Notes under the pieces: generated by a model | Told to the model about the DNA's origin: nothing | Databases searched by the model: none | The model's input: only the letters and a program-made list of their open reading frames with translations | DNA from: an uncultured Chloroflexia bacterium | GTDB lineage: Bacteria; Chloroflexota; Dehalococcoidia; DSTF01; JALHUB01 | Direction of reading: 5' to 3' | DNA length: 64,000 nt | NCBI GenBank assembly: GCA_963726245.1 | Contig: CAVSBT010000016.1 | Location: forward strand, 32,001 to 96,000 | Position numbers and translations under genes: made by a program | Shown here: positions 35,662 to 46,471 of the stretch, piece after piece | Numbering within the stretch: the stretch's first letter is position 1 | How the letters are laid out: each line of letters opens with the position of its first letter

Positions 35662-35952
35662 CTATTTTCGCCTCACCTGGGTGGTCCGCTCTGACCGGCC
35701 GCTGTGCCCCCGGAAGTGGCGCGTGGCGGCGAACTCCCCCAGTTTATGGCCGACCATGTTCTCGGTGACGAAGATGGGCACGTGGCGCCGCCCGTCGTGG
35801 ACGCCGATGGTGAGCCCCACCATCTGCGGCATTATGGTTGAGGCCCGCGACCAGGTACGGATGACGGTCCGCTGGCCGGAGCGCAGCACGATGTCCACCT
35901 TCTTCATGAGCTTGGGCTCTACGAAGGGCCCTTTCTTGATCGAGCGCGACAT
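35662..35952 (-). CDS. rpsS: 30S ribosomal protein S19
   Basis: [17 protein letters not shown]. Confidence 0.98.
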   Translation of the reverse strand: MSRSIKKGPFVEPKLMKKVDIVLRSGQRTVIRTWSRASTIMPQMVGLTIGVHDGRRHVPIFVTENMVGHKLGEFAATRHFRGHSGRSERTTQVRRK

Positions 35953-35965
35953 GTCCTCTTACCTG

Positions 35966-36793
35966 CTAGCCGAATCGACGGCGCACGATGTACTTGTCGC
36001 TGGGCTTCTTGCCGCGGGTGCGGTATCCCATGGCGGGCTTGCCCCAGGGCGTCTTGGGCCCCGGCATCCCCACGGGCGCCTTGCCCTCGCCGCCGCCGTG
36101 GGGGTGATCGCGCGGGTTCATGGCGGCGCCACGGACCTCGGGCCGGCGCCCCCTGTGTCGCATACGGCCCGCCTTGCCCAGCTTGATGATGTTGTTCTCC
36201 ACGTTTCCCAACTGGCCTATGGTGGCCAGGCAGTCGGAGGGAAGGCGGCGCATCTCACCCGAGGGAAGGCGCACCAGGCTGTAGCGCTCCTCCTTCGCCA
36301 TCAGTTGGGCGGAGGTGCCGGCCCCGCGCACCAACTGGCCGCCCCTGCCGGCCATCAGCTCTAGGTTGTGGATCGTGGTGCCGTTAGGTATGTTCCGCAG
36401 CGGGAGGGCGTTACCCAGCTTGATCTCGGCATTCGGCCCTGACTCCACGCTGTCTCCGACCTGGATGCCCAAGGGGGCCAGGATGTAGCGCTTGTCCCCA
36501 TCCCGGTAGTGGATGAGGGCGATGCGGGCCGAGCGGTTGGGGTCGTACTCAATGCTGACCACCTTGCCCGGCACGCCCCACTTGTCCCGCTTGAAGTCGA
36601 TTAGACGCAGTTGCCGCTTCGAGCCGCCTCCCCGGTGCCGCACCGTGAGCCGGCCCTGGTTGTTGCGGCCGCCTCGACGCGCCAGCGGCGTGAGCAGGGA
36701 TCGCTCAGGCTTGCTGCGCGTGACCTCTTCGAAGGTGAAGCCGGACGACCCGCGCCGGCCGGGCGAGGTGGGCTTGTACTGCTTCAGTGCCAT
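35966..36793 (-). CDS. rplB: 50S ribosomal protein L2
   Basis: [21 protein letters not shown]. Confidence 0.98.
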   Translation of the reverse strand: MALKQYKPTSPGRRGSSGFTFEEVTRSKPERSLLTPLARRGGRNNQGRLTVRHRGGGSKRQLRLIDFKRDKWGVPGKVVSIEYDPNRSARIALIHYRDGDKRYILAPLGIQVGDSVESGPNAEIKLGNALPLRNIPNGTTIHNLELMAGRGGQLVRGAGTSAQLMAKEERYSLVRLPSGEMRRLPSDCLATIGQLGNVENNIIKLGKAGRMRHRGRRPEVRGAAMNPRDHPHGGGEGKAPVGMPGPKTPWGKPAMGYRTRGKKPSDKYIVRRRFG

Positions 36794-36814
36794 AGTCTTT
36801 CGCCTGTCCGAGCC

Positions 36815-37111
36815 CTAAATGCCCTCGAAGAGCTCGATCTTGTAGCCCTCCTCCAGGGTGACGATCGCCTTCTTCCAGGAGCGGCCCACACTGCGCGCGC
36901 GCCCGAAGCGCCGGACCTTGCCGTGCACGTTGGCGGTATTGACGCCGCGCACGCGCACGCTGAACGCCACCTCTACCGCCTGTTTGATCTGCACCTTGTT
37001 GGAATGGGGCGCGACCTCGAAGGCGTACTTGTTGAAGCCGGCAAGGACGGTGCTCTTCTCTGTCACCAACGGCCTAACGATGACCGTGTAGGGGTGAAGC
37101 GCCTTCGGCAT
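36815..37111 (-). CDS. rplW: 50S ribosomal protein L23
   Basis: PLVTEKS, WKKAIVTL. Confidence 0.97.
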   Translation of the reverse strand: MPKALHPYTVIVRPLVTEKSTVLAGFNKYAFEVAPHSNKVQIKQAVEVAFSVRVRGVNTANVHGKVRRFGRARSVGRSWKKAIVTLEEGYKIELFEGI

Positions 37112-37112
37112 C

Positions 37113-37820
37113 TCAGCTCCCCTCCCCTACCGCTACCTGCCCGTCCGGCAGGCGGGTCTGCTCGTCCGCGCGTGGCGCCCGACGGCGCAGCGCCCGTTCG
37201 CCGCCCCAGAGGGACTCGGCCTTGCGGACCGCGTCGACCGTCATGATCAGCGCTCGGTATGAGAGCATGTCCACCACGTTCAGGTAGGCGGCCGGCAGCA
37301 CCTTCGCCTCCGGCAGGTTGCGCGCCCCGAGGAGAACGTTGGGCTCCGGCTCCACGGTGACGATCAGCGCCGGCCCGGTGACCTCCAGGTTTGCCAGCAT
37401 CTCCGCCACGTCCTTGGTCCTGGGCTTCTCCAGGGCCAGGCGGTCCAGCACCTGCAGGTGGCCCTGCGCCGCCTTATCGGAGAGAACAGAGCGAATGGCC
37501 AGCCGTCGCATGCGTTTGGGCATCCTCTGTGCGAAGCTGCGGGGCTTGGGGCCGAAGGCCACGCCACCGCCCGAAAGGTTCGGCGCGCGTATGCTGCCCA
37601 TGCGGGCCCGTCCCGATCCCTTCTGGCGCCGCATCTTCGCCGTGCTCCCCCGCACCTCGCCTCGGGTCTTGGTGGCGCCCGTTCCCGCCCGGCGGTTGGC
37701 CAGGTGAGCGAGAAGCGCCTGGTGCACCACCGCCCGGTTAGGCTTGATGCCGAACACCCGGTCGTCCACCTCGATGGTGTCGACTTCTTGGCCCTGGGCG
37801 TCCTTGACTGTCAGTTGCAC
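37113..37820 (-). CDS. rplD: 50S ribosomal protein L4
   Basis: [28 protein letters not shown]. Confidence 0.98.
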   Translation of the reverse strand: MQLTVKDAQGQEVDTIEVDDRVFGIKPNRAVVHQALLAHLANRRAGTGATKTRGEVRGSTAKMRRQKGSGRARMGSIRAPNLSGGGVAFGPKPRSFAQRMPKRMRRLAIRSVLSDKAAQGHLQVLDRLALEKPRTKDVAEMLANLEVTGPALIVTVEPEPNVLLGARNLPEAKVLPAAYLNVVDMLSYRALIMTVDAVRKAESLWGGERALRRRAPRADEQTRLPDGQVAVGEGS

Positions 37821-37832
37821 GGGACGGCGACC

Positions 37833-38467
37833 TCAGTCCTTCTTCTTCTCAGCCAGGATGACCCGCTTGATGGCCAGGAGGCCGCTCCGAGCCCCGGGAC
37901 TGCTCCCTCCACCAGCAGGATGCCGGTGGCCGGGTTGCTTTCCAGCACCCGCAGGTTACGCACCGTTACCCGGGCGTTGCCCATGTGGCCGGCCATCTTC
38001 AGCCCCTTCAGCACCCGCCCCGGCGTGGTGCCGGAGCCGATGGAGCCCGGCGCCCGGTGCCGGTCCGACTGGCCGTGCGTACGGGGGCCGGTCCGAAAGC
38101 CGTGGCGGCGGACGCCGCCGGCAAACCCCCGGCCCTTGGACACGCCGGTGATGTTTACCAGCTCCCCCGCCTGGAAGAGCTCGGCGCCCAGGCGCTGGCC
38201 GACCTCGTACTCGGAGGCGTCGCCGACGCGGAACTCCCGCAGGTAGCGGAACTGGCCCAGCTTCTTCAGGTGCCCCTTCTCGGGCGAGTTGAGCTTCTTG
38301 CTGTGGCCGAAGCCCAGTTGCACCGCCTGGTAGCCATCGTTCTCCACGGTCTTCACCTGAATCACCAGGCAGGGGCCCGCCTCGATGACCGTGGCCGGCC
38401 GCACCTCGCCCTGCTGGTCGAAGTACTGGGTCATCCCTATCTTGCGCCCCAGGATACCGTCCGGCAT
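37833..38467 (-). CDS. rplC: 50S ribosomal protein L3 (frameshift near the 3' end, about 37895)
   Basis: GRKIGMTQ, SKGRGFAG, MAGHMG; the shifted frame gives GARSGLLAIKRVILAEKKKD*. Confidence 0.97.
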
Positions 38468-38476
38468 CGGCCTCCC

Positions 38477-38785
<309 letters not shown>

Positions 38786-38812
38786 CGCTTCGCTCGCAAG
38801 GCGCCGCCCAAC

Positions 38813-40903
38813 TCAAGCTAGGGTCGGACGACGCACCCTTCCGCCGCCGATCTTCTCCGCCAGCGGCGCTGGCACCTCTTCGTAGTGGTCGAACTCCATG
38901 CTATGGGTGGCCCGCCCCTGGGTCAGAGACCGCAGGTCAGTGGCGTAGCCGAAGGTCTCCGCCAGGGGAACCAGGGCCCGCACTATCTGGGTGCTGCCCC
39001 TTGCATCCACGCCCATGACGTGGCCCCGGCGCGAGGTGATGTCGCCCACCACGTCGCCGAAGAACTGCTCCGGCGTGGCCGCCTCTATCTTCATGATGGG
39101 CTCCAGCAGGATGGAATCGCCCTTCTCCAGCGCCTGGTGCGTGGCCAGGGAGCCCGCCGTTCGGAAGGCGATCTCCGAGGAGTCGACGGGGTGGTAACTG
39201 CCGTCCACCAGGGTGGCCCGCACGTCGATGACCGGATAGCCGGCCACGGCGCCGCTGTCCAGCGCCTCCTTGACTCCCGCCTCCACGTCAGGGATGAACT
39301 CGCGGGGGATGACGGCCCCCACGATCTTCTTGACGAACTCGAAGCCGGCGCCCCGCTCCAGAGGCTCGAACTCCAGCCATACGTGGCCGTACTGGCCGCG
39401 GCCCCCGGTCTGACGGACGAAGCGCCCCTCGACCTTGACGGAGCGCGTGATCGTCTCCTTGTAGGCCACCTGAGGCCGGCCAACGTTGGCGCCCACCCGG
39501 AACTCGCGCAGCATGCGGTCCACGATCACCTCAAGGTGGAGCTCGCCCATGCCCGAGATGATCGTCTGGCCTGTTTCCTGGTCGTAGCGGATGCGGAAGG
39601 TGGGGTCTTCCTCTGCCAGGCGGTTCAGGGTCTCGCTCATGCGATCCTGGTCTTCTTTGGTCTTAGGCTCAATAGCGACTGCGATGACGGGTTCGGGGAA
39701 GCGGATGGATTCGAGGAGTATCTGGTGGCTAAGGTCGCTGAGGGTGTCGCCGGTGAACGTGTTCTTGAGGCCCACGGCGGCCGCGATATCGCCGGCGTAG
39801 ACCTCCTCTATCTCCTCGCGGTGATTGGCGTGCATACGCAGGAGCCGTCCGAACCGCTCTCGCTCGCCGCGGGTGCTGTTGAAGACTGTGGAGCCTGTCG
39901 CAGCCTTGCCTGAGTAGACACGGAAGTAGGCGAGGCGTCCCACGTAGGGGTCCGCCACGATCTTGAAGGCCAAAGAGGCGAAGGGGGCCGCGTCATCGGC
40001 CCGGCGCTCCTGGGCTTCGCCGGTCTTGGGGTTGCTTCCCGACACGGGCAGCACGTCATCCGGCGCCGGCAAGTAGTCGACGACGGCGTCCAGCAGGGGC
40101 TGGATGCCCTTGTTGCGGAGGGCGCTGCCACACAAGACGGGGGTAGCCGCGCTGCCCAGGGTGGCGCGGCGTAGGGCCTTCTTCAGCTCCGTGGCGCTGA
40201 CAGCGCGGCCCTCCACGTAGCTGATCATGAGCTGATGGTCGACCTCCGCCACCTTTTCGATGAGCTTCTCGCGCTGGCGGGCACAGGCCTCGGCGTACTC
40301 CGGGGGTACCGGCGTCATCTCCGGCGTCTCGTCGCGGTCGGCGGGGAAGATCCAGGCCTGCTCCTCCACGAGGTCGATTACGCCCCCGAAGTTGGCCTCC
40401 TCGCCGATGGGTATCTGGATGGGAAGAGGCCTGGCCTCCAGCCGCTCGGCAATCATGTCGATGGTCCGCCAGAGGTCAGCGCCCACCCGGTCCATCTTGT
40501 TCACGAAGCAGATCCTGGGCACGTGGTAACGGTCGGCCTGGCGCCACACGGTCTCCGACTGGGGCTCGACGCCGTGGACCGCGTCGAAGACCACGACGCC
40601 GCCGTCGAGGACGCGCAGGCTGCGCTCGACCTCAACCGTGAAGTCGACGTGGCCCGGGGTATCGATGATGTTCACCAGGTGGTCGCGCCACTCGCAGGTA
40701 GTGGCGGCGGCCGTGATGGTGATACCACGCTCCCTCTCCTGGTCCATCCAGTCCATGACGGCTGTGCCCTCGTGGACCTCGCCTATCTTGTAGGTGCGGC
40801 CAGTGTAGAACAGGATGCGTTCGGTCACGGTCGTCTTGCCGGCATCGATGTGGGCGATGATGCCGATGTTACGCGTTCGGTTGATTGATATCGTTCTTGG
40901 CAT
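38813..40903 (-). CDS. fusA: elongation factor G
   Basis: [28 protein letters not shown]. Confidence 0.99.
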   Translation of the reverse strand: MPRTISINRTRNIGIIAHIDAGKTTVTERILFYTGRTYKIGEVHEGTAVMDWMDQERERGITITAAATTCEWRDHLVNIIDTPGHVDFTVEVERSLRVLDGGVVVFDAVHGVEPQSETVWRQADRYHVPRICFVNKMDRVGADLWRTIDMIAERLEARPLPIQIPIGEEANFGGVIDLVEEQAWIFPADRDETPEMTPVPPEYAEACARQREKLIEKVAEVDHQLMISYVEGRAVSATELKKALRRATLGSAATPVLCGSALRNKGIQPLLDAVVDYLPAPDDVLPVSGSNPKTGEAQERRADDAAPFASLAFKIVADPYVGRLAYFRVYSGKAATGSTVFNSTRGERERFGRLLRMHANHREEIEEVYAGDIAAAVGLKNTFTGDTLSDLSHQILLESIRFPEPVIAVAIEPKTKEDQDRMSETLNRLAEEDPTFRIRYDQETGQTIISGMGELHLEVIVDRMLREFRVGANVGRPQVAYKETITRSVKVEGRFVRQTGGRGQYGHVWLEFEPLERGAGFEFVKKIVGAVIPREFIPDVEAGVKEALDSGAVAGYPVIDVRATLVDGSYHPVDSSEIAFRTAGSLATHQALEKGDSILLEPIMKIEAATPEQFFGDVVGDITSRRGHVMGVDARGSTQIVRALVPLAETFGYATDLRSLTQGRATHSMEFDHYEEVPAPLAEKIGGGRVRRPTLA

Positions 40904-40965
40904 TCCACTTCAACAAACGAGACCGCCGGCGAAGGGTCACCGGCGGCTCTGGGGATCCCGCCGAT

Positions 40966-41436
40966 TCACCACCGGTAATGAACGAAGGCGCGGTTCGCCT
41001 CCGCCATGCGGTGGGTGTCTTCCTTGCGCTTGATGGTCGCGCCCTGGCCGTTGGCAGCATCCAGGAGCTCCGCTGCCAGCCTCTCGGGGAACGAGCGGCC
41101 GCGGCGGGCCCGTGACGCGTTCAGCAGCCAGCGCATCGCCAGCGAGTTCCTGCGCTCGGAGCGGATATCTACCGGAACCTGGTAGGTGGCGCCGCCCACC
41201 CGCCGGGGCTTCACCTCCACCACCGGCGTGGCGTTGCGGAGGGCCTGGTCGAAGATGTCCAGCGGGTTGCGCTTGGTCTGCGCCTCAATCTGGTCAAGAG
41301 CTTTGTAGACGACGCGCTCGGCCAGGCTCTTCCTGCCGTCGCGCATGACCTTGTGGATAAACGCAGCCAGCGCCCGGCTGTGATAGCGGGCGTCGGGTGA
41401 AACCTCCCTGCGAACGACTTTGGCTCGTCTTGGCAT
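40966..41436 (-). CDS. rpsG: 30S ribosomal protein S7
   Basis: RRVGGATYQVP, HRMAEANRAF. Confidence 0.98.
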   Translation of the reverse strand: MPRRAKVVRREVSPDARYHSRALAAFIHKVMRDGRKSLAERVVYKALDQIEAQTKRNPLDIFDQALRNATPVVEVKPRRVGGATYQVPVDIRSERRNSLAMRWLLNASRARRGRSFPERLAAELLDAANGQGATIKRKEDTHRMAEANRAFVHYRW

Positions 41437-41439
41437 GTC

Positions 41440-41871
41440 CTAGCCCGCCGTCTGCGGCCCTCCCGTCTTGCGGGTGCCGTACTTGCTGCGACCGCGCCGG
41501 CGCCCCGACACTCCCTGAGCATCCAGAGCGCCCCGGATGATGTGATAGCGCACGCCGGGGAGATCCTTGATGCGGCCGCCCCGGATGAGCACCACAGAGT
41601 GCTCCTGAAGGGTGTGGCCTTCACCCGGAATGTAGGCCGTGACCTCGATGCCGTTGGTGAGGCGCACGCGGGCGATCTTGCGCAGAGCTGAATTCGGCTT
41701 CTTGGGGGTCATGGTCCGCACCTGGGTGCAGACGCCCCGCTTCTGGGGCGACCCCTCGCCTCGCACTAGACGACCCCTCAGCGCATTCAGGGTGAAACGC
41801 AGGGCGGGCGCCTTGGTCTTCTTGACTACCTTCTTGCGCCCCTTGCGCACCAACTGATTGATGGTAGGCAC
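41440..41871 (-). CDS. rpsL: 30S ribosomal protein S12
   Basis: [27 protein letters not shown]. Confidence 0.99.
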   Translation of the reverse strand: MPTINQLVRKGRKKVVKKTKAPALRFTLNALRGRLVRGEGSPQKRGVCTQVRTMTPKKPNSALRKIARVRLTNGIEVTAYIPGEGHTLQEHSVVLIRGGRIKDLPGVRYHIIRGALDAQGVSGRRRGRSKYGTRKTGGPQTAG

Positions 41872-42111
41872 GGCTTTCTCCTGCCTGTCTGTCTCAACGT
41901 CTATGGTGCGAACGCCGCAGTCACGATGATAGGTCGAAAGCCCCGACTCCTGAGCCAGTGCGGCGTGGGGCGCTGCTGCGGCGGGCTCACCGAGCCCTCG
42001 ATGCAGTTTCCCGACGTTAGCCGGGGCTGCCCCACTAAGCGCCGACCGTAGTCACTTTCGGGGTCTTCCGACCTTTTGCCGTATACCTGCGGCCTAGAGC
42101 GCCGAAACCGT

Positions 42112-42140
42112 AGTCTAGCAGGGGCGTAATGTGGTGTCAA
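42112..42140 (-). promoter_or_regulatory. sigma70 promoter of the str/S10 supercluster
   Basis: Minus strand TTGACA-17 nt-TAGACT. Confidence 0.7.
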
Positions 42141-42321
42141 GGAGTGGATAGAGTGGGTAAGACCCCTGATTGCCCCTATGTTCAGTCCGCTCCCTGGACG
42201 GCGTTGACCATATGGTATCGCTGGCTATCATAGCCTGATGGTGGGCCTGCAGCCGGCGCTGCCTTAGACTGGCTCGGCCCCCTCTTGATCAGCTAGCTCA
42301 CCCCTTACCTAGGGAGGCGCT

Positions 42322-44394
42322 ATGGCCCCTTCTAATGAGTTCCCCGGCAACATCTTCTTCTACGTCCTCTTTATAGGGTTCATGTCGTTCTTCATCTGGG
42401 CGGTGTTCCTCCGACTCAGGGTTTTCATGCGGGGCAAGATGGTGGTCCGCTGGGACCAGCTTCCCAAGCGCGTCATCACGGCCGCCGGCCTCGTCCTCGG
42501 CAACTGGCGGGTGGCCACCCGACGCCGCTACTGGCTATCGGGCATTGCCCACACCATGATCTTCTGGGGCTTTATCACCCTGCAGGTCCGCACCCTGAAC
42601 TTCCTCCTCGACGGAGTCAACGAAAAGGCCAGCCTGCAGCACATCTTCGGCAACGTTTACACCTACTACCGGCCGGTCATGGACCTCTTCGACGTCCTCG
42701 TCATCGTCGGTGTGGGCATAGCCATGTTCCAGCGCACAGTGCTGAAGCCGGCGCGCATGACCCTCAACAGGGACGCCTGGATCATCCTCGGCCTGATCGA
42801 CTTCCTGATGATCACGGACGTCATGACGAACAGCTTCGAGATCTCCATGGCTCGAGGCAGCCAGGACTACTTCACGTTCTTCGGCTTCGGCGTCGCCAAC
42901 CTGTGGGACCGCGTCGGCCTGCAGGGAAGCTCCCTTCAAGCCCTGCACACCACCTTCTGGTACCTGCACCTGGTCGACTTCCTGGTCTTCCTCAACTTCC
43001 TGCCCTTCTCCAAGCATTCGCACGTTATCACGGTGTCTTTCAACGTCCTCTTCCGCAGCCTCCAGCCCACGGGCGTCCTCCAGCCCATGCCTGAACTGGA
43101 GACGCTGGAGGTCTTCGGCGCCGGCCGCGTGAAGGACTTCACCTGGAAGCAGATGATGGACTTCTACACCTGTACGGAGTGCGGTCGCTGCGAGGTCAAC
43201 TGCCCCGCCTTCCTCACCGGCAAGGCGCTTTCGCCCAAGAAGATCATGCACGACCTGCGCCGGACTACGCAGATCCACGTGGTTCCGGCCTTCTCGCCCC
43301 AGAGGTTCGGCTCCATTCCCCTTGACGGCGAGATGAACGAGACCATCGAGCACGTCGGCTTCGACCCCGTGTGGGACTGCGTCACCTGCGGCGCCTGCCA
43401 GGAGCAGTGCCCCGTCTTCATCGAGCACATCTCCGAGATCATCGAGATGCGCCGCTTCCTGGTGATGAACGAGGCCAACATGCCGGAGCTGGCTCAGACC
43501 ACCCTCATGCAGATCGAGCAGCGCGGCCACCCCTGGCGCGGCACCGTCCTCACCCGCACCTCCTGGATGGAGGACATGGGCGTGGAGGTGCCCCGTTTCA
43601 CCGGCGAGCAGGAGTACCTCTACTGGGTGGGCTGCTCCGGCGCCCTGGTGGAGCGCAACCTGCCGGTCACTCAGGCCATGGCCCGACTGCTCTTGGAGGC
43701 AGGAGTGAGCTTCGGCGTGCTGGGCGAGGAGGAGACCTGCTCCGGCGACCCGGCGCGCCGCTTCGGAAACGAGTACCTGTTCCAGCTCCAGGCCCAGCAG
43801 ACGGTCGAGACCTTGAACTCCAAGGGGGTCAAGAAGATCATCACCAACTGCCCCCACTGCTTCAACACCTTCAAGAACGAGTACCCGCAGCTGGATGGTC
43901 GCTACGAGGTGATCCACCACACGGAGTTCCTCGCCCAGCTCGTCCGGGAGGGCCGCCTGCAGCCCAAGGACGGCCTGGCCCAGAAGGTGACGTATCACGA
44001 CTCCTGCTACCTGGGCCGCCACAACGGGGTGTTTGACGCGCCGCGAGAGGTCATCGCCAGCCTGCCCGGAGTCGAGGTGGTGGAGATGCCCCGCAGCCGC
44101 CGCACCGGCTTCTGCTGCGGCGCCGGCGGGTCGCACATGTGGCTGGAGGAGTCCACCGGCAAGCGCATCAACAACGAGCGCTCCGAAGAGGCGCAGGCCA
44201 GCGGCGCCGATGTGGTGGCCACGGCCTGCCCATTCTGTATCCAGATGTTCGACGACGGGATTCCCGCCGTGGAGCCCGACGAGACGAAGCGTATGCGCGT
44301 CCTCGACGTGGCCGAGCTCCTCGAGGCGGCGACGGTTCCGGCCGCTGCCCGCCGGCAAGAGGCAGCACGTCCCCAAGTCGCGCCTGAGGAGTGA
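42322..44394 (+). CDS. FadF-like membrane-anchored Fe-S oxidoreductase (NarI-like TM + 2 Fe-S motifs + 2 CCG domains), probable ETF:quinone oxidoreductase
   Basis: TM helices with His residues; CTECGRCEVNCP, CVTCGACQEQCP; YHDSCYLGR, CCGAGG; adjacent to etfBA. Confidence 0.9.
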   Translation: MAPSNEFPGNIFFYVLFIGFMSFFIWAVFLRLRVFMRGKMVVRWDQLPKRVITAAGLVLGNWRVATRRRYWLSGIAHTMIFWGFITLQVRTLNFLLDGVNEKASLQHIFGNVYTYYRPVMDLFDVLVIVGVGIAMFQRTVLKPARMTLNRDAWIILGLIDFLMITDVMTNSFEISMARGSQDYFTFFGFGVANLWDRVGLQGSSLQALHTTFWYLHLVDFLVFLNFLPFSKHSHVITVSFNVLFRSLQPTGVLQPMPELETLEVFGAGRVKDFTWKQMMDFYTCTECGRCEVNCPAFLTGKALSPKKIMHDLRRTTQIHVVPAFSPQRFGSIPLDGEMNETIEHVGFDPVWDCVTCGACQEQCPVFIEHISEIIEMRRFLVMNEANMPELAQTTLMQIEQRGHPWRGTVLTRTSWMEDMGVEVPRFTGEQEYLYWVGCSGALVERNLPVTQAMARLLLEAGVSFGVLGEEETCSGDPARRFGNEYLFQLQAQQTVETLNSKGVKKIITNCPHCFNTFKNEYPQLDGRYEVIHHTEFLAQLVREGRLQPKDGLAQKVTYHDSCYLGRHNGVFDAPREVIASLPGVEVVEMPRSRRTGFCCGAGGSHMWLEESTGKRINNERSEEAQASGADVVATACPFCIQMFDDGIPAVEPDETKRMRVLDVAELLEAATVPAAARRQEAARPQVAPEE

Positions 44395-44528
44395 GAAGGC
44401 AGCTAGATCAGCCATGACCCGCCATAGGCGGGTCGCCAAGGGGGAGCGGGAGGTTCACCCAAGAGCGCTTCCTCGAGTACCCATCAAGCCCTGTAGTCAT
44501 CTCTAATGCCAAAGGCAGGAGGTAGAGA

Positions 44529-45338
44529 ATGCCGTTGAACATGATTGTGTGCGTCAAACAGGTCCCAGACCCGGAGACGCCCCCCAGCAGCTTTCGGGTG
44601 GACGAGGTCGCCAAGAAGGTCGTCCCGGCGGCCGGCGTCCAGCCGGTTATCAGCCAGTTCGATGCCATCGCCGCGGAGGCCGCGCTCCGCATTCGCGACG
44701 CCGGCGCTGACGCCAAGATCACCGTGGTCAGCCTGGGGCCCGCCAGCGCCCGCGACGTCATCAAGATTGTCCTGGCGATGGGCGCCGACGAGGGATTCCA
44801 GCTTACCGACGCCGCCTTCGAAGACGGGGATAGCTACACCACCGCCCTGGCGCTGACCACCGCCATCAAGAAGCTGGGCGACTTCGATGTCATCTTCTGC
44901 GGTCGCCAGGCTGTCGACTGGGACATGGGCGTCACCGGCTCGGCCATGGCCGAGATACTGGGGCTGCCCACGGTCACCCTGGCCAAGGACGTGCAGCACA
45001 AGGACGGCAAACTGGTCGTAGAGCGCGTGCTCGCCGACGGGTACGAGACCCTGGAGGTGCCCATCCCATGCCTGATCACGGTCAGCAACGAGATGGGAGA
45101 GCCCCGTTACCCAAAGCTCCAGCAGATCATGGCCGCGGCCCGCAAGCAGGTCACCGTATGGTCCGCCGCGGACCTGGGTCTGGATGCCAGCCAGATCGGC
45201 AAGCAGGGTGTCCGGCTCAACCTCGAGCGCCTGTTCATCCCCGTGGTGGAGAGCAAGTGCGAATACGTGGAAGGCGAGACGCCTGAGGAGACCGCCAACG
45301 CCCTCGCTCAGAAGCTGCGCGAAGCGAAGCTGGTCTAG
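44529..45338 (+). CDS. etfB: electron transfer flavoprotein beta subunit
   Basis: IVCVKQVPD, AMGADEG, CGRQAVD, EPRYP. Confidence 0.96.
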   Translation: MPLNMIVCVKQVPDPETPPSSFRVDEVAKKVVPAAGVQPVISQFDAIAAEAALRIRDAGADAKITVVSLGPASARDVIKIVLAMGADEGFQLTDAAFEDGDSYTTALALTTAIKKLGDFDVIFCGRQAVDWDMGVTGSAMAEILGLPTVTLAKDVQHKDGKLVVERVLADGYETLEVPIPCLITVSNEMGEPRYPKLQQIMAAARKQVTVWSAADLGLDASQIGKQGVRLNLERLFIPVVESKCEYVEGETPEETANALAQKLREAKLV

Positions 45339-45375
45339 TCGGCGCTGACTTACTCCCCAGAAGGAGAACGATAGA

Positions 45376-46365
45376 ATGGCTAACGAAAACGGAATCCTGA
45401 TTTTCGCCGAGGCGGAAGACGGCGCTCTGGCCCCCGTCACCGGCGAGCTGCTGGCAGCGGCTCGCCGGCTGGGCGGCAGCCTGGGCCAGCCTGCCTGCGC
45501 CGCCCTGATCGGTTCCGGCGTCGCCGGCCTGGCTCAAGAGGCCGTTGCCTTCGGCGCCGACAAGGTCTTCGTCGTCGACGACGCCCAGCTTGCCCAGTAC
45601 ACCACCGATGCCTACGTAGCCGCCATGGAGCAAGTGTGCAGCCAGGCCAATCCGGCCGCCATCCTCCTCGGCCAGACCGACGCCGGCCGCGACCTGGCGC
45701 CTTCGCTGGCCTTCCGCCTGGGCACCACCGTCGCCATGGACTGCGTCGAGCTGGGCGTTCAGGACGGAAAGATGGCGATGACCCGGCCCTGCTACGGCGG
45801 CGCCGCCCGCGCCGTCCATACCAGCAAGACCATGCCCCAGATGGCCACCCTACGACCCAAGTCCAACGATCCTCTGGCCAAGGATGCCTCTCGCAAGGGC
45901 GAGGTGGTGACGGTCAGCGCATCGCTGGACGCGTCCGCGATGCGCACCAAGGTCCTGGACAGGAAGAAGGTCGAGGCCACGGGCATCCGCCTGGAGGACG
46001 CCGACGTCGTCGTCTGCGGCGGCCGCGGCATCGGCGGGGCGGAAGGCTTCCAGACCCTAGATGCGCTGGCCAGCGTCCTGGGCGGCGCCGTGGGCGTCAC
46101 CCGCGCGGTCTGCGACATGGGCTGGCGCCCGGTGTCGGAGCAGATCGGCCTGACCGGCAAGGTGGTGGGCCCGACGCTCTACTTTGCCATCGCCCTCTCC
46201 GGAGCGAGCCAGCACATGGCGGGCTGCTCCGGCGCCAAGAACATCGTCGCCATCAACAAGGACCCGGAGGCGAACATCTTCAAGTCCGCCCGCTTCGGCA
46301 TCGTGGGCGACTACAAGCAGGTAATGCCCGCCCTGCTGGAAGCTGTCAAGAAGGCTAAGGGCTAG
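45376..46365 (+). CDS. etfA: electron transfer flavoprotein alpha subunit
   Basis: GGRG, QIGLTG, SGASQH, AINKDPEA. Confidence 0.96.
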   Translation: MANENGILIFAEAEDGALAPVTGELLAAARRLGGSLGQPACAALIGSGVAGLAQEAVAFGADKVFVVDDAQLAQYTTDAYVAAMEQVCSQANPAAILLGQTDAGRDLAPSLAFRLGTTVAMDCVELGVQDGKMAMTRPCYGGAARAVHTSKTMPQMATLRPKSNDPLAKDASRKGEVVTVSASLDASAMRTKVLDRKKVEATGIRLEDADVVVCGGRGIGGAEGFQTLDALASVLGGAVGVTRAVCDMGWRPVSEQIGLTGKVVGPTLYFAIALSGASQHMAGCSGAKNIVAINKDPEANIFKSARFGIVGDYKQVMPALLEAVKKAKG

Positions 46366-46390
46366 CCGTCACCGCCTGAAACGACACGAA

Positions 46391-46425
46391 GGAGCGAGGG
46401 GACGCCGCCGGCGTTCCCTCGCTCC
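46391..46425 (+). terminator. GC-rich hairpin after etfA
   Basis: GGAGCGAGGGGACGCC-GCC-GGCGTTCCCTCGCTCC; no clear U-tract. Confidence 0.5.
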
Positions 46426-46471
46426 TGGCTGCGTGGAGCACTCCTTTCCCCTGTGCTAGCCTAGCAGCACT

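Noticed and set aside
42040-42082. c-di-GMP-I riboswitch in the rpsL leader (GGCAAA..GGAA-loop hairpin)
   Set aside because: The downstream GACGCAAAGC/P3 consensus is missing. The region is kept only as an unidentified structured leader.
42535-44439. Long antisense ORFs (e.g. 634 aa here, 17788-19014, 61505-63043)
   Set aside because: These are typical stop-poor shadows of real genes in high-GC DNA, with no recognisable motifs.
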